Under the pieces are notes generated by a model. The model made no database searches. It saw nothing but the letters and a program-made list of their open reading frames with translations, and was not told the DNA's origin. Positions 16,859 to 26,312 of a DNA stretch of 64,000 bases are shown here, piece after piece. This DNA comes from Anaerolineae bacterium. Lineage in GTDB: Bacteria; Chloroflexota; Anaerolineae; JAKLPW01. Every line of letters begins with the position of its first letter. The first letter of the stretch is position 1. The stretch spans positions 3,137 through 67,136 of the forward strand of contig JAKLPW010000138.1 of the NCBI GenBank assembly GCA_022013675.1. Reading direction: 5' to 3'. Position numbers and translations under genes: made by a program.

Positions 16859-18445
16859 CTAATCCCTCTCGTAGAGATAGACGTCCACGGTCTCTACTGC
16901 GTAGCGATACGAGAGATCAGAATTAGCAAGATGATAGCGTTCATCCAATTTGTCTTTCAATACTCGAATCTGGTCGAAGGTGCTCCGTCCCGGATAGGCA
17001 TCCAGGGGTGCCAGGAACCAGACACGCCCATCCTCACCCAACCGACGCTCCACGAAGGACAGCGTCGGCTCGATAGCTTCGGAGGCATCATCCCAGCGCC
17101 GGCCATAATGCGCCCAGACTATCTCCTCGACGCGCCCCAGTGAGGCCGGGAAGGCCACCTGGACCAGATCCCCATCGTAGTAGTAATTGAAAGTGGTAGC
17201 CAAATAATCGGGAGCGATGATGATGACGTCTCCCTCACCAGCTTCCGCTTCCATGCGGGCTGCCACCTCTCGCAGACTGGACATGGGACGTCTGTAGACT
17301 CCCGGCCAGCTTCTGCTCCAGAGCAACAGTATGAGCAAGATGCCTACTGCCACGCCGAGCTTCCAGCGAATGGCCCACAGCCCCCGCGCCATGACCAGGC
17401 AGAGAGCCGGGAACATGACCAGCGTCACGTAGCTGGGAATCACACCCACGGCGCGTGGGGTTAAGAGAACACCCAGCAGGATAGGCGCGAACAGACAGAC
17501 AACCGCCAGGTCCAGAGCAGGGCACAGCCGATACTTGATCCCGAACTCCCTGTCGCTCGCAGTAAAGGTCAGAGTGCCAATGGCGAAAAGCACCACCCAG
17601 GGATAGACCCTGTCCCAGGGCCAGAATAGTGAAGTCAGATCGTTGAACAGACGCAGCACATTGTCGAACTTGGAGATGTGCTTCAGCCATTCTCCCATGA
17701 TGACCAACTGCCGGGCCTGCTGCAGAAAAATGGGTACCCAGGGCACATACGCAGCCACGACGACGATCTGTGCTAGAAGCCAGCGCCACCAGAGCTCCCG
17801 AAGCCTACGCTTCCAGAGCATCTCGAATCCCATCCAGAGGTTCTCAGCGACGACGAAGAGCACGCCCCAGTTATGTGTGTAGACCAGCATGATGGAGGCA
17901 GCCACCCAACCGACCCACGCCATCCTATCCCCTCGCGTCCAAATACGCCACAGTAGCAACATGGAGATCGTGCTCAACAGTGGCACCAGCGAGTACATCC
18001 GCGCGGTGCGGGAGTAGAGCACGTGCAGCGGCAACAGGGCAGCAATGAGCGTCGCCACCAGGGCAATCTTGTCATCGAAGAGCTTGCGCCCCAGGCGATG
18101 TACCAACGGCACAGCGAGCGCCCCGCAGAGAGTGGAGAAGAGCCGAATGGCCCACTCGCCCCTGCCGAACAAAATAGTCCAGAAATGCATGATTAAGTAG
18201 TAGAGCGGCGGGTGCCCGTCGTTCCTCAATGCCTCGATGATGCCCCTCGGAAAGGGTTTTGCGGCAATGAAGATCCCCTGAGCCTCGTCGCGCCAGAAGC
18301 CCAAGCCACCCAAACCGTACACGCGCAAGGCCAGGCCGACCAGCGTCAGGATCAACACGATGATCAAGTTCGTCCTGCTTCCGGCCAAGTCAGAATACCG
18401 GCGTTTTCTGGAATTCTCAATTTCGCGTACGTGATTCAAAGACAC
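16859..18445 (-). CDS. GT39-like GT-C membrane glycosyltransferase (paralog set with 33697-35196 and 36041-37534)
   Basis: GFWRDEAQGIF...HPPLYYLIMHFW...IRLFSTLCGALAVPLVHRLGRKLF...LLPLHVLYSRTARMYSL. Non-ATG (GTG) start in the track. Confidence 0.7.
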   Translation of the reverse strand: MSLNHVREIENSRKRRYSDLAGSRTNLIIVLILTLVGLALRVYGLGGLGFWRDEAQGIFIAAKPFPRGIIEALRNDGHPPLYYLIMHFWTILFGRGEWAIRLFSTLCGALAVPLVHRLGRKLFDDKIALVATLIAALLPLHVLYSRTARMYSLVPLLSTISMLLLWRIWTRGDRMAWVGWVAASIMLVYTHNWGVLFVVAENLWMGFEMLWKRRLRELWWRWLLAQIVVVAAYVPWVPIFLQQARQLVIMGEWLKHISKFDNVLRLFNDLTSLFWPWDRVYPWVVLFAIGTLTFTASDREFGIKYRLCPALDLAVVCLFAPILLGVLLTPRAVGVIPSYVTLVMFPALCLVMARGLWAIRWKLGVAVGILLILLLWSRSWPGVYRRPMSSLREVAARMEAEAGEGDVIIIAPDYLATTFNYYYDGDLVQVAFPASLGRVEEIVWAHYGRRWDDASEAIEPTLSFVERRLGEDGRVWFLAPLDAYPGRSTFDQIRVLKDKLDERYHLANSDLSYRYAVETVDVYLYERD

Positions 18446-18524
18446 CTCTCACATCCCCAAACGCCACACTAGCTCCAGACCAGACACACTGTCATTCTGA
18501 GCGAAGCGAATAATCTGCCCTACA

Positions 18525-20201
18525 TCACTTCACCCGCACAACTACCAATCGCTCCTCTTCGCTGTTATCGACATGCACCCACTCGAAACCCGGCGGCAAT
18601 GTCTCCTCCTGGAGTAGCGCCTCGAACTGAGGGCGCAGATGCACCACCTCTCGTTCGTCAATCACGAAATACTCAGCCCCCTTGAGCCGGGCATAGTGGA
18701 GCACCTCGGGTATCTCGGCGTTGGGAGTGGGCACCCATCGGGCGTCGGCGTGGAAAGCGATAGCCGGGTAACGGGACATGATGATCGTGTCGCGATCCAC
18801 GCGATCCTCCAGCCAGAGCCCCACATCCTTGTGTGCCATGCGGTACGAACCGCTACTGGTAGTCCGTAGGGTAACAGGCAGACGGGATGCAAAGAAAGCC
18901 AACACCAGAACGAGAGGGAGCGTGACGCAGAGCTTACTCCAGAGAGGAGCGGATTTGCTTTCGCCCTCATCTGGACCCCGCCTACGCCCCTTCATTGCTA
19001 GAAGCGTGTCGGCAAGCCATTGCCCCCAGACATGCAAACCCTTCGCCACCCAAACCACTATAGTAGGCAACAAGGTAGCGATATAGCGATCCTGAATGAA
19101 GAACAGGATGAATCCCAATACCGGCAGGGCCGAAGCCAACCAGATCAACTCACGCTTAGCTCTCACCTTATCCCAGGGCACACCGAACAGCCCTAGGGCC
19201 ACAAAGGGCACTAGGAAGGATGGAAAGAGATTGGCCGAGAAGAGAGATCCCAGGAACTTCCAGGTGTTGCGATAGAGCAGTCGAAGGAACTCCACCGGAT
19301 ACTGGCTCACGTAGTCTAACATACTGACGTTGTAGCTCTCGTGGGAGAAGAAGAAGACCTCCTCGCCAGTATTGTCGAGCCCCCAGGTGGCCCTGTCGAA
19401 GGCAGCAGTATCTCCCTTGCTCAAACCGATGCAGGTCACGAATGTTACGCCCGCTTTCTCGGTTACCATCCAAGAACCGGTATGGAGGCTGACGTAATAG
19501 GCATAGGGCATGAAGAAGAGCAAGAACCCGGCGACGTAGGCCACCAATCCCAGCAGCACCGGCCGCGTGAAGAGCCGCCGCTCAAAGAGCTTGACGACCA
19601 CCAAGGCCCCGGCGATGATCACCAGGTGGCCGATAGCCTCGGGTCGTATAAGATAGGCCAGCGCGAAAGAGGCCCCAGCCCCGGCGTAGTACCGACCTTG
19701 ATCTCTCTCCATGGCAAGAATCGCACAATAGACGCCCAGGTAGATGAAGAAGTAGTACGGCGGCTCTGTCAGGGTTCCCCAGCGCAACACTGCTGCCGTC
19801 AGAGCCGGCCAGAGCGCCAGCAGAAGAACGCTGATGTAGCCAACAGCCTTGCCGTAGAAGCACCGGGCCGTTAGATAGATGGGCGCCACCAGCAAGGTTC
19901 CGAAGAGCACGTAACAGATGCTGCTTGCCAGCTCCATGCTCCTGGTCACCAAGTATAGCAGACCGGTAAGAAGTGGGTACAAGGGGGTGTGGTGCACGTC
20001 CGAGTACCCCGTAAAGCTGTAGCCCTGTCCGGTCAACCAGTTGCGCCCCAGCCAAAGATAGAAAGGCTCGTCGCCCCAGACCACCCTGTCGAAGCTGAGC
20101 AGGTATATGCGCACGCCCATGACCAGCATGGCCAGGCCCGCAACTATCCATTTCTCCGGAGCCTTCTCCAGGGAGTTGCGAACGCTTGCTATCCATTTCA
20201 T
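18525..20201 (-). CDS. GT39/GT83-like (PMT/ArnT-type) GT-C membrane glycosyltransferase
   Basis: VWGDEPFYLWLGRNWL...HHTPLYPLL...APIYLTARCFYG. Start set at ATG 20201 (MKWIASV), 7 nt after the upstream stop; the track extension to 20309 overlaps the DUF2304 gene. Confidence 0.7.
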   Translation of the reverse strand: MKWIASVRNSLEKAPEKWIVAGLAMLVMGVRIYLLSFDRVVWGDEPFYLWLGRNWLTGQGYSFTGYSDVHHTPLYPLLTGLLYLVTRSMELASSICYVLFGTLLVAPIYLTARCFYGKAVGYISVLLLALWPALTAAVLRWGTLTEPPYYFFIYLGVYCAILAMERDQGRYYAGAGASFALAYLIRPEAIGHLVIIAGALVVVKLFERRLFTRPVLLGLVAYVAGFLLFFMPYAYYVSLHTGSWMVTEKAGVTFVTCIGLSKGDTAAFDRATWGLDNTGEEVFFFSHESYNVSMLDYVSQYPVEFLRLLYRNTWKFLGSLFSANLFPSFLVPFVALGLFGVPWDKVRAKRELIWLASALPVLGFILFFIQDRYIATLLPTIVVWVAKGLHVWGQWLADTLLAMKGRRRGPDEGESKSAPLWSKLCVTLPLVLVLAFFASRLPVTLRTTSSGSYRMAHKDVGLWLEDRVDRDTIIMSRYPAIAFHADARWVPTPNAEIPEVLHYARLKGAEYFVIDEREVVHLRPQFEALLQEETLPPGFEWVHVDNSEEERLVVVRVK

Positions 20202-20208
20202 CACTACT

Positions 20209-20613
20209 CTACTCACGTTTCCCATCCTCATCGCTATCACGACCCTCCAACTCCTCCACCCGTTTGGTAAGCAGAGCAATCTCCTGGACCAGCACCTTGA
20301 TCTGCTCACTGAACCGGGAGATGCTCATCGAGAACTGGAAGAGAATCAGCAATATACAGACCAGGGCAATCAGGAAGATGAAGGCCGGCGGATAGAGAAT
20401 ACCCAGTGCGTAGGAGATGGCATCTACAACATCGACGAAGATAGGCACCAGCACCAAGAGAATGGCCGTCAGTATCCACAAGAGCGCATACTGCTCCTTG
20501 ATCTTGCGGGTGCGCACCTGGTTGATAACGAAGAATGCCACGGCCACCCCCAGAAGGATGACGAATATTCGTGTTTGCAGTTCCATCGGTTCAGCGATCA
20601 TCCTTGCCTCCAA
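20209..20613 (-). CDS. DUF2304-like small membrane protein
   Basis: 134 aa with 3-4 TM segments (RIFVILLGVAVAFFVINQVRTRKIKEQYALLWILTAILLVLVP...), then an amphipathic coiled tail. This layout matches DUF2304 proteins, which usually sit beside GT2 genes. Confidence 0.55.
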   Translation of the reverse strand: MEARMIAEPMELQTRIFVILLGVAVAFFVINQVRTRKIKEQYALLWILTAILLVLVPIFVDVVDAISYALGILYPPAFIFLIALVCILLILFQFSMSISRFSEQIKVLVQEIALLTKRVEELEGRDSDEDGKRE

Positions 20614-20762
20614 TTTGATCCGAACTTACCTCGTTACATGAACCGGATGTGAGTTATCCGCTTGCCAGGGATTGCCAAATCCCGGCCTTCTACCCTATGG
20701 GACAGAAATTTGACAATTCCCTTGGAGCCGAATAACTGCCGGCAGATCTTCACCGAGGTGTA

Positions 20763-22031
20763 CTAGTCCCAAGGTTTGGCTGGATGCCGCTTTAGCCAAG
20801 CTACCAGAATACACCAGAGAGCTAACCCACCAAAGAGATAATGCGATTGCAGGAACCTGATAACAATCGGAATGTTGTAGCGATAGTCCCGGGCCACGAT
20901 GACGTAAGAGAGCGCCATCAGCAAAGGCCACCACAGCGATAGTCGCTCCTCCTCTCCCATCTGGAAGCCCAGAACGATGAACGGGAGCAGCAACCAGGTA
21001 TACGTGTAAAGTGGAGAGGGAGGCATGACCAATAGTATCGCCGTCACCACCAGACCGTACTCCAGGCCGAACCGTCTCTCGCGCGGATCCCCAGATCCCC
21101 AGGTGATCAAGCACGAGACGATGATCACCACTCCCGAACAGAGGAGAGTCAGCCCATTCGCCAGCCAGGGGAGGTTCATTCCCCGCACAGGCTGAGCGAA
21201 GAGATTGTCTGTCAGTGCCCGAGTGAAGAAGGCATTGAAACACATGTGATAAGGATAAGCGACGAACCCACCGCTGGAATACAGGGACGTGAATTCGAGA
21301 TACCCGGGGATCGTGTCGAATCCCACCACAGCGTAAGAGCCAACTACCAGCACCAGTGCCACAATCCCCGCCCATAGCACCGGACGCCAGCGCCGCTTCC
21401 AAAGAAGATAACCAACCAGAATGGCGGCAAAGAACTTGATCGCTATGGCGAGCCCCAGGAGGGCCCCTGCCCAACCTTCGAGTCCTCTTTTAAGCAAGTA
21501 GAAACTCAACCCAATAGCCAGGAAGATGAGCACATCTATCTGGCCCAGGCGCAGACCCACAAGCGCAGGCCGGAAGCCATAGAGCAACAAGAGAGCCAGC
21601 GCCAGCCGAGGAGGCGTGATCATTCCCTGCGAGAGAAGTATCAACCAGCACCCCAGGCCCAAAGCAATCACGTTCAGCGTAGCCCAAATGACCGAGGCCC
21701 AGGCATAGGGCAAGTAACTCAGCGGAAGCAACAGTATCGCCAGCACCGGAGTGTACGAATAGGGCCAGACAGTATTCTCCGCCTTATAGTCGAAGTCGCC
21801 GCTCTCCATTGCCTCCTTGAATGACACCACGTCGGCATAGATGTCACGCCCCTCGCGAAGGTCGACCGCTGCCTTGAAATAGACGGCAAAATCGTGGTTG
21901 TTGGTGATCATCAGCACGCGCCCGTAGCTCACGACCACCATCACGGCCAAAAGTGCGACCACGAACCACCAGGTCTTCACAGGGATGATATACTTGGGAA
22001 CCAGCTTCCCCGCCTCAGCGTCTCTCCCCAT
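20763..22031 (-). CDS. GT87/DUF2029-like (PimE-type) GT-C membrane glycosyltransferase
   Basis: LRLGQIDVLIFLAIGLSFYLLKRGLEGWAGALLGLAIAIKFFAAILVGYLLWKRRWRP. ATG at 22031 is preceded by ctGGAGGtataac; the track start at 22049 would overlap the CE4 gene. Confidence 0.7.
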   Translation of the reverse strand: MGRDAEAGKLVPKYIIPVKTWWFVVALLAVMVVVSYGRVLMITNNHDFAVYFKAAVDLREGRDIYADVVSFKEAMESGDFDYKAENTVWPYSYTPVLAILLLPLSYLPYAWASVIWATLNVIALGLGCWLILLSQGMITPPRLALALLLLYGFRPALVGLRLGQIDVLIFLAIGLSFYLLKRGLEGWAGALLGLAIAIKFFAAILVGYLLWKRRWRPVLWAGIVALVLVVGSYAVVGFDTIPGYLEFTSLYSSGGFVAYPYHMCFNAFFTRALTDNLFAQPVRGMNLPWLANGLTLLCSGVVIIVSCLITWGSGDPRERRFGLEYGLVVTAILLVMPPSPLYTYTWLLLPFIVLGFQMGEEERLSLWWPLLMALSYVIVARDYRYNIPIVIRFLQSHYLFGGLALWCILVAWLKRHPAKPWD

Positions 22032-22032
22032 G

Positions 22033-22911
22033 TTATACCTCCAGCACATCGCGGAGGGGAGCGAATCGAAACGTACTCAGCAACCTCTCCAGTTTGCTCA
22101 ACGTTGAGTTGATGTTGTAGTAGGTCACGAAACGTGACAACGGCGAGAGGGATCTTAGCCGCAGGGTATCCCGGAATGTCTCCCAGGGATGCATATAGAG
22201 CACGAAAGGCTGTCCCTGCCGGTTGATGCGTCGCAATGCCCAGCGCAGGAACGGATAGGGGATCGCTCGCAGATAGAACCCGCCACACACAGGCAGAGCA
22301 AGACTCCCTATCCTCAATGCCGATAGAGGAAACTCGACCAAGTCTCCCGCACCGGCGTCCACCGTAATGTCAGCCTCTGAAGGATGATACGGACTGGCCG
22401 GACAACCGTTCACACCATAAAGATAAGTACGCAGAGGAAAGATGCTGGAATCGTAACGATAACCGTGCTCTTTCAGCACTTCAATCGCCCAGCGACGCTC
22501 GTTGTCCAGGGAGAAGGTCGGAGCCCGATAGCCAACGATGTCCTTCATGTCGACGATCTCCTCCATAACCTCAGCAAAGGCCTCCAACTCCTGACGAAAA
22601 TCATTTGGCTCCATCTCCCAAAGAGGGCGATGACTCATGCCATGGCAGGCAATCTCATGGCCCGCCTTCCCAATCTCCCCTATCAGGTTGGGGTGCATGG
22701 CAGCCACCTCTCCCACCACGAAGAAGGTGGCCCTGACACTATAACGATCCAAGAGAGCCAGAATAGGGTGGGTAGCTTCCTCTACCTGGGGCCGCGGTTC
22801 GCCCTCCAGGTTGTGCCGGATCAACTCGGCGTGATACCAGTCTTCCACGTCAAAGGAGAGCGCGTTCAGAGTTGTCCCTGCTTGAGCATTCAAGGAGTTA
22901 TCCTCTCTCAT
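22033..22911 (-). CDS. Polysaccharide deacetylase (CE4, DUF3473-type)
   Basis: LSFDVEDWYH...ATFFVVGEVAAMHPNLIGEIGKAGHEIACHGMSH. Confidence 0.8.
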   Translation of the reverse strand: MREDNSLNAQAGTTLNALSFDVEDWYHAELIRHNLEGEPRPQVEEATHPILALLDRYSVRATFFVVGEVAAMHPNLIGEIGKAGHEIACHGMSHRPLWEMEPNDFRQELEAFAEVMEEIVDMKDIVGYRAPTFSLDNERRWAIEVLKEHGYRYDSSIFPLRTYLYGVNGCPASPYHPSEADITVDAGAGDLVEFPLSALRIGSLALPVCGGFYLRAIPYPFLRWALRRINRQGQPFVLYMHPWETFRDTLRLRSLSPLSRFVTYYNINSTLSKLERLLSTFRFAPLRDVLEV

Positions 22912-23653
22912 GGCGCGCAGTGTCAGGGCGAACGGCGTTGACGTGGGTCCGCTGGCGCAGCATCACGATGAAGATAGCCAGTGCCATCTTGAAGACGTAG
23001 TAGATTGGCTTCAGGCTGGCATGCATGGACTCCCCGCTAATGCGCTCCCGCATGGTGACAGGCACTTCCTTAACCCGAAAACCCGCGTAGTGAAGCAGTA
23101 TGATGGTATCGGCATCGGGGAAATCCACCGGATAGTTGTCGCGCGAGAAGAACTCAAGTACCTCGCGGTTCAAAGCCTGTAGTCCGGAGGTGGCGTCGGT
23201 GAAGTGCCGCCCGGTGGCCACAGAGACCAGATGCGAGAAGATGGACATACCAACTCTCCGAACCCAGGAGCTCTGATACTCCATACGCCCCAGGAAGCGA
23301 GATCCCAGCGCCACGTCGGCCTCTCTGCTCTCGACCACCTCCAGCAAAGCGGGCACGGAGCGGGGATCGTGCTGGCCGTCGCTATCCATCATAACCGCGT
23401 AGTCGTAACCCCGCTGAATGGCATACCGGAAACCGGTTTGCACGGCTCCCCCGTAGCCCAGATTACAGGGCAGGCGGACTACCTCGGCTCCCATGCGCTC
23501 GGCCACGGCAGCAGTATCGTCACTTGAGTAATCATCAATGACCACGAAATCCAACCCCTGTACGGCCTGGCGTAGTTCCGTGATGACCCGTTCGATATTC
23601 CCGGCCTCATTGTGGGCCGGCATGACGATGATCGTTCTTGACTCTTTGCTCAT
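22898..23653 (-). CDS. GT2 glycosyltransferase, GtrB/CsbB-like polyprenyl-phosphate sugar synthase
   Basis: IIVMPAHNEAGNI...VVIDDYSSDDT...NLGYGGAVQTGF...MMDSDGQHDP, plus a C-terminal TM (IYYVFKMALAIFIVML). Overlaps the downstream CE4 start by 14 nt. Confidence 0.8.
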   Translation of the reverse strand: MSKESRTIIVMPAHNEAGNIERVITELRQAVQGLDFVVIDDYSSDDTAAVAERMGAEVVRLPCNLGYGGAVQTGFRYAIQRGYDYAVMMDSDGQHDPRSVPALLEVVESREADVALGSRFLGRMEYQSSWVRRVGMSIFSHLVSVATGRHFTDATSGLQALNREVLEFFSRDNYPVDFPDADTIILLHYAGFRVKEVPVTMRERISGESMHASLKPIYYVFKMALAIFIVMLRQRTHVNAVRPDTARHERG

Positions 23654-23665
23654 TTCGCTCCCTGT

Positions 23666-23762
23666 AGGTGCCCGGCACTTGGAATCGTCTCTTGAAAAAT
23701 AACAGGTATTTCTAACGTCTGTCCGAACACTGCTGTAACGAGTTCGTAAGTGCCAGGCACCT
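23666..23762. repeat. Paired-palindrome element, variant sequence (AGGTGCCCGGCACTT at 23666-23680; AAGTGCCAGGCACCT at 23748-23762)
   Basis: Two GTGCC-N-GGCAC palindromes in mutual inverted orientation (14/15 match), 82 bp apart, in the 23654-23826 gap. Confidence 0.8.
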
Positions 23763-23826
23763 GTAAGTCTCTAACTGCGTAACTCCTGTCAGTCAGTAGG
23801 ACTATTCCACGGGATTACTTCGTAGA

Positions 23827-26226
23827 TCACCACTGCGTTGACGTTGTTCGACATGAGGAAATCCGCGATTTCCTCCACCATGTGACCACGGCAACCAACA
23901 AGATCAAAGTCCCAAGAGAGACCGCTGCCCCTACCCACACGATCCAGGGCCGAACGTAGCGAAACTTGATGCGGTGCTCGCCATCGGGAATCCAAACTCC
24001 CAGAAAGGCGTAATTGGCCCGCACTAACTCCGCCTGCTCTCCATCTACCATCACCTGCCAATTCGGATACCACGACTCGCTCACCATTAGCAATGCCGGT
24101 CCTCGGGCCACCCCCCAGGCCTCTATTTCGTGAGGACCCGTGCCTCCCTCTACCAAACGAGGTGCCAGAACTGCCTTGGCCACATAGCCAATCCCAGAAA
24201 GACCGGCAACTCCAGACAGGGCATCATTGGAGACAACTCGGGCGCCCAGGGCTTCTTCGACCTCAGTCCGCACGCCACTACTCCGCTCCAGGGCCTCATC
24301 TAGCAACAGGTAGTCGTACCTCTGCAACTCTTCCAGACTGTAGTCGTCCAAGTAGGGCGAGTGGCCACATACGAGTCCTGTTCTCTGATCCAACAACGAC
24401 GGCAACAGCTTCAATACTTCTGGTCTATCAGGTCCTACGTAAAGGGCGACCTGCGAATACAGCCGCGCGGCCGGTCCCCAATCGGGGTGTTCCAAAATGG
24501 TTATGTGCTCCCCTTGCCAGGCCACCCGATCGTAGCCCTTTTCACGCAAGTCTTCCATAGCCTGTTGGTGTTCAGACATCTCTGGACGAAACAGGATGTA
24601 GCGCACCGCGCTTAGATCCAATGCCTTGTCCCTGTCCCCCCAATTGAAGAGACTGAAAGCATGCAGCGGGGCCCCGTTATCATAGTATCCCCAGAAGCGC
24701 GGCACCGGCCCCTCGATAATGCCATACGTGTAGAGATACTGATTGGTAGGAGAGAGCGCATAGTCCCAGGCTCGGAACCCCTCCCCTTGCTCGGTCAGCC
24801 AACTGTAGGCTTGCACTTCATCGGAGTGGAAATAGGCCGGTCGAATCTGAAAGACAGCTCCTCCCGGGTCATAGTCAAAGGCCACCAGCACTAGTAGAAT
24901 CAGGCAGAGACCAATCCGCAGCCAATAACAGCGGATGCGGGGCATGAGCCACGCCACCCCTTGCCCGGCCAGCATCGCCATGGCCAGGGCCACCAGCATC
25001 ATCCCCCGGTGAGACTGGAACCGCAGAGTGCCCAGGAAAGGGACCAATCCCAGGGGATTCACGGGTGCTCGCGGCCCTAAAGCCACCAGGAAACTGAGCA
25101 CCAATATCAGCAGAACCGCTGGTACTACCCAAGTCTTGCGACTTCGCAGGAGACCCGCCGCTGCCAATCCCAGCGCCACGAAGCCCACATACCAGGCGTT
25201 GAGGCCCCCAAAGGAGCGCCAGATGCCCGGCAGACCCTCCGTTGTGACGGGCAGATGCAGCCGCTGCAAAGCAGCCACCAACAACAGGCGCGGCGAGATG
25301 GCGTAGTCGGCCTGGATCTCATCCGAAATCAGCGATTCCGTGCCTCGCTTCAGATGCACTCCCACGTAGGGAAGCTCCGCCACAGCAGGCAACATCACGC
25401 AAGCAGCCAATCCCGCAGCCACCAGCCCCGCGAGAACCAGGGGCAGAATATCTCGCCAGATAGTGGTGATGTGGCGAATCACGGCCACGGCCTGACGGAT
25501 GCCGATATAAAGACCCAGACAGAGAGCGCTGACAGCAGTACGGTCGATGTTGATCAGCGGGAAGAGCCCCACGGCAGCGCCCATCCCCAGCCAGTACATG
25601 CTGCGGTTCTGCGTGTCCCGCCGGCCGTATTCGTAGAGAGCGAAAGGCAAGGGCAGCACAGCCCAGAAAAGCGCGTGCTCCCACCACTCTATCCCCATGT
25701 GCAAATGATACGGAAAAGCTCCGTAGACAAGCCCCCCGACCAGAGCCGCGCTTCGCCGCCCCGTCACTGAGTAGACCCACTCATACATGCTGATGGCAGA
25801 AAGGGCGTAAGCAGTCAGGTACAAACCCACCAGGCACACTTCAATCGAAAGACCGGTGAGCAGCGTGGCCAGAGCAACCCCAAAGTAGACGGGGTAGGCC
25901 AGGAACCGCACCCAGGGATACCCCCCAAACTCATAGGGGTCCCATTCAGGGAGCAAATGACCCTGCAGTACTTGCTCACGCAGACGCCAGGTGAAGCTCA
26001 AAGGCGGCACCATCTCCAGGCGAGAAGATACGGGCACTCCTGCCCCAGTCGCTCTGAGCGAGATCGCAGGAAGCCAGCCTTTCAGGAAGAAGACCATGAC
26101 GGCAGCCAGCAAGAGCTGATCCAACCATCTATTCTGTTGCAGGTACCGGAACGCTCGATCCATCAGATGGTCGTTCCCATCAAGAGGGATCGCACCTCCG
26201 GTAAATCTTCCACGCTTCTCGCGCAT
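23827..26226 (-). CDS. Large polytopic membrane protein with YfhO-like architecture (GT-C candidate)
   Basis: 799 aa. About 430 aa of TM segments, a ~300-aa soluble domain and a final C-terminal TM (IVWVGAAVSLGTLILLVAVVTWW). N-terminal EWDPYEFGGYPWVRF. The start is uncertain (alternative is MDRAFRYL). Confidence 0.5.
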   Translation of the reverse strand: MREKRGRFTGGAIPLDGNDHLMDRAFRYLQQNRWLDQLLLAAVMVFFLKGWLPAISLRATGAGVPVSSRLEMVPPLSFTWRLREQVLQGHLLPEWDPYEFGGYPWVRFLAYPVYFGVALATLLTGLSIEVCLVGLYLTAYALSAISMYEWVYSVTGRRSAALVGGLVYGAFPYHLHMGIEWWEHALFWAVLPLPFALYEYGRRDTQNRSMYWLGMGAAVGLFPLINIDRTAVSALCLGLYIGIRQAVAVIRHITTIWRDILPLVLAGLVAAGLAACVMLPAVAELPYVGVHLKRGTESLISDEIQADYAISPRLLLVAALQRLHLPVTTEGLPGIWRSFGGLNAWYVGFVALGLAAAGLLRSRKTWVVPAVLLILVLSFLVALGPRAPVNPLGLVPFLGTLRFQSHRGMMLVALAMAMLAGQGVAWLMPRIRCYWLRIGLCLILLVLVAFDYDPGGAVFQIRPAYFHSDEVQAYSWLTEQGEGFRAWDYALSPTNQYLYTYGIIEGPVPRFWGYYDNGAPLHAFSLFNWGDRDKALDLSAVRYILFRPEMSEHQQAMEDLREKGYDRVAWQGEHITILEHPDWGPAARLYSQVALYVGPDRPEVLKLLPSLLDQRTGLVCGHSPYLDDYSLEELQRYDYLLLDEALERSSGVRTEVEEALGARVVSNDALSGVAGLSGIGYVAKAVLAPRLVEGGTGPHEIEAWGVARGPALLMVSESWYPNWQVMVDGEQAELVRANYAFLGVWIPDGEHRIKFRYVRPWIVWVGAAVSLGTLILLVAVVTWWRKSRISSCRTTSTQW

Positions 26227-26312
26227 CGCCAGAAGTCACGCTCCTACCCAGGTAGGGCATACGTTCATGAAGCCAGGAAGTCGAACCTCGCGGCTCTCCC
26301 GACGTCTGTCCA

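Noticed and set aside
18491-18517. Short element gtcattCTGAGCgaaGCGAAtaatctg, and a related gtcgcacCCTGAGCccGTCGAAGGGc at 57821-57846 (a small stem flanking a CTGAGC...CGAAG core).
   Set aside because: There is only one copy of each variant in the window, with 4-bp stems. The similarity between the two is limited, so I cannot separate it from chance without a genome-wide count.
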